NCBI RefSeq assembly: GCF_030684315.1
Contig: NC_081355.1
Span: 66,736,924-66,800,923, forward strand
DNA: 64,000 bases
From: Stegostoma tigrinum
Lineage: Eukaryota
Direction: 5' to 3'
The position numbers were made by a program, and so were the translations under genes. Positions within the stretch are counted from its first letter, which is position 1. Each line of letters opens with the position of its first letter. Positions 63,240 to 64,000 of this stretch are shown here, piece after piece. Below the pieces are notes generated by a model. It saw only the letters and a program-made list of their open reading frames with translations, ran no database searches and had not been told where the DNA came from.

Positions 63240-63510
63240 AGCAGCCATACCTCAGAAAACTAGCGAGATGATCTGGAATACTGACTATGTCCAATGCTTA
63301 GGAAGTGCAGCAAGTGTACCAACTTTCAGATGAAGCATTAAACGTAGGTCCTGCATCACAACTTAAATCCCACACCAAACAATTGTATCGCTCTTTGAGA
63401 TAGCTTTTACCTGTAATTTAACTGTGATTAAACTTCTGAAGTACTTAGTTAACTGCAAACAACTTTGAAACATTCTGAGAACGTATAAAACACCATGTAA
63501 ATGTTTTATA
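63240..63510 (+). mobile_element. Decayed SacSINE/Deu-SINE-like remnant
   Basis: ctttcagatgaagcattaaacgtaggtcc and an L2-type tail actttgaaacattctgagaacgtataaaacaccatgtaaatg. Confidence 0.45.
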
Positions 63511-64000
63511 TAATGACATTGCTCTGAGTTTTTCTATGGGAATTCATTTTGCATAAAGGATTTCTCGCAGTCATTCATTAATAGCACTTGTTTATTGCAA
63601 TACTGCACTGATTTGTTGCTCAATCTTGCTACACTTGGGAAAAACCTCAAAATTGTAACACAATGCTCATTGTGAAAGCCATTTTATTAAATTGCACCTA
63701 TGAGCCTAAAATAGTTTTATCTGAATCTTCAGCTAATTGCTGTGAAGATACCTTACATTTGGCATATAACAGATTCTAAATTCTAGATTTTAACAGCATT
63801 AATGTATCTAACTTTAATCTAGTTATTCACCTCTTGAAGTTACTGTACTTACAGGTTATGTTTTTAATTTACATTCATAAAAACGTATGCTCAGTTTCAT
63901 GTAGTTGTTCAGTAGTACCAAATGTTAGTCATTTTGTTAGTACAACGGTTCAAGTTTTTGTCAAATCTTCTATCAAACAGTTCCTGCCCAATAGTTTTTT

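Overview
Eukaryotic, repeat-rich genomic DNA, most likely from a shark (inferred from HE1-type V-SINEs, Deu-domain SacSINE-like SINEs and HER1-type CR1 LINEs). It looks intronic or intergenic. No host gene can be identified with confidence, and nearly all long ORFs are retrotransposon pieces or antisense shadows of them. The window holds many 5'-truncated CR1 LINEs, a Zenon-like CR1/L2-group LINE, one near-complete decayed Rex1/Babar element with five nested insertions, L2 remnants, several SINE families, two Harbinger (HARBI1-type) transposase fossils and one Penelope-like element (GIY-YIG plus RT). The most interesting signal is a set of about 13 short (70-230 bp) insertions made only of the Penelope terminal repeat. 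Most carry a minimal hammerhead ribozyme motif (CTGANGA..stem II..GAAAC-GTH). Several have 15-19 bp target-site duplications, three are inverted twins, and most start just at the 5' edge of the ribozyme. Repeat boundaries were placed by eye and are approximate unless exact motifs are quoted.
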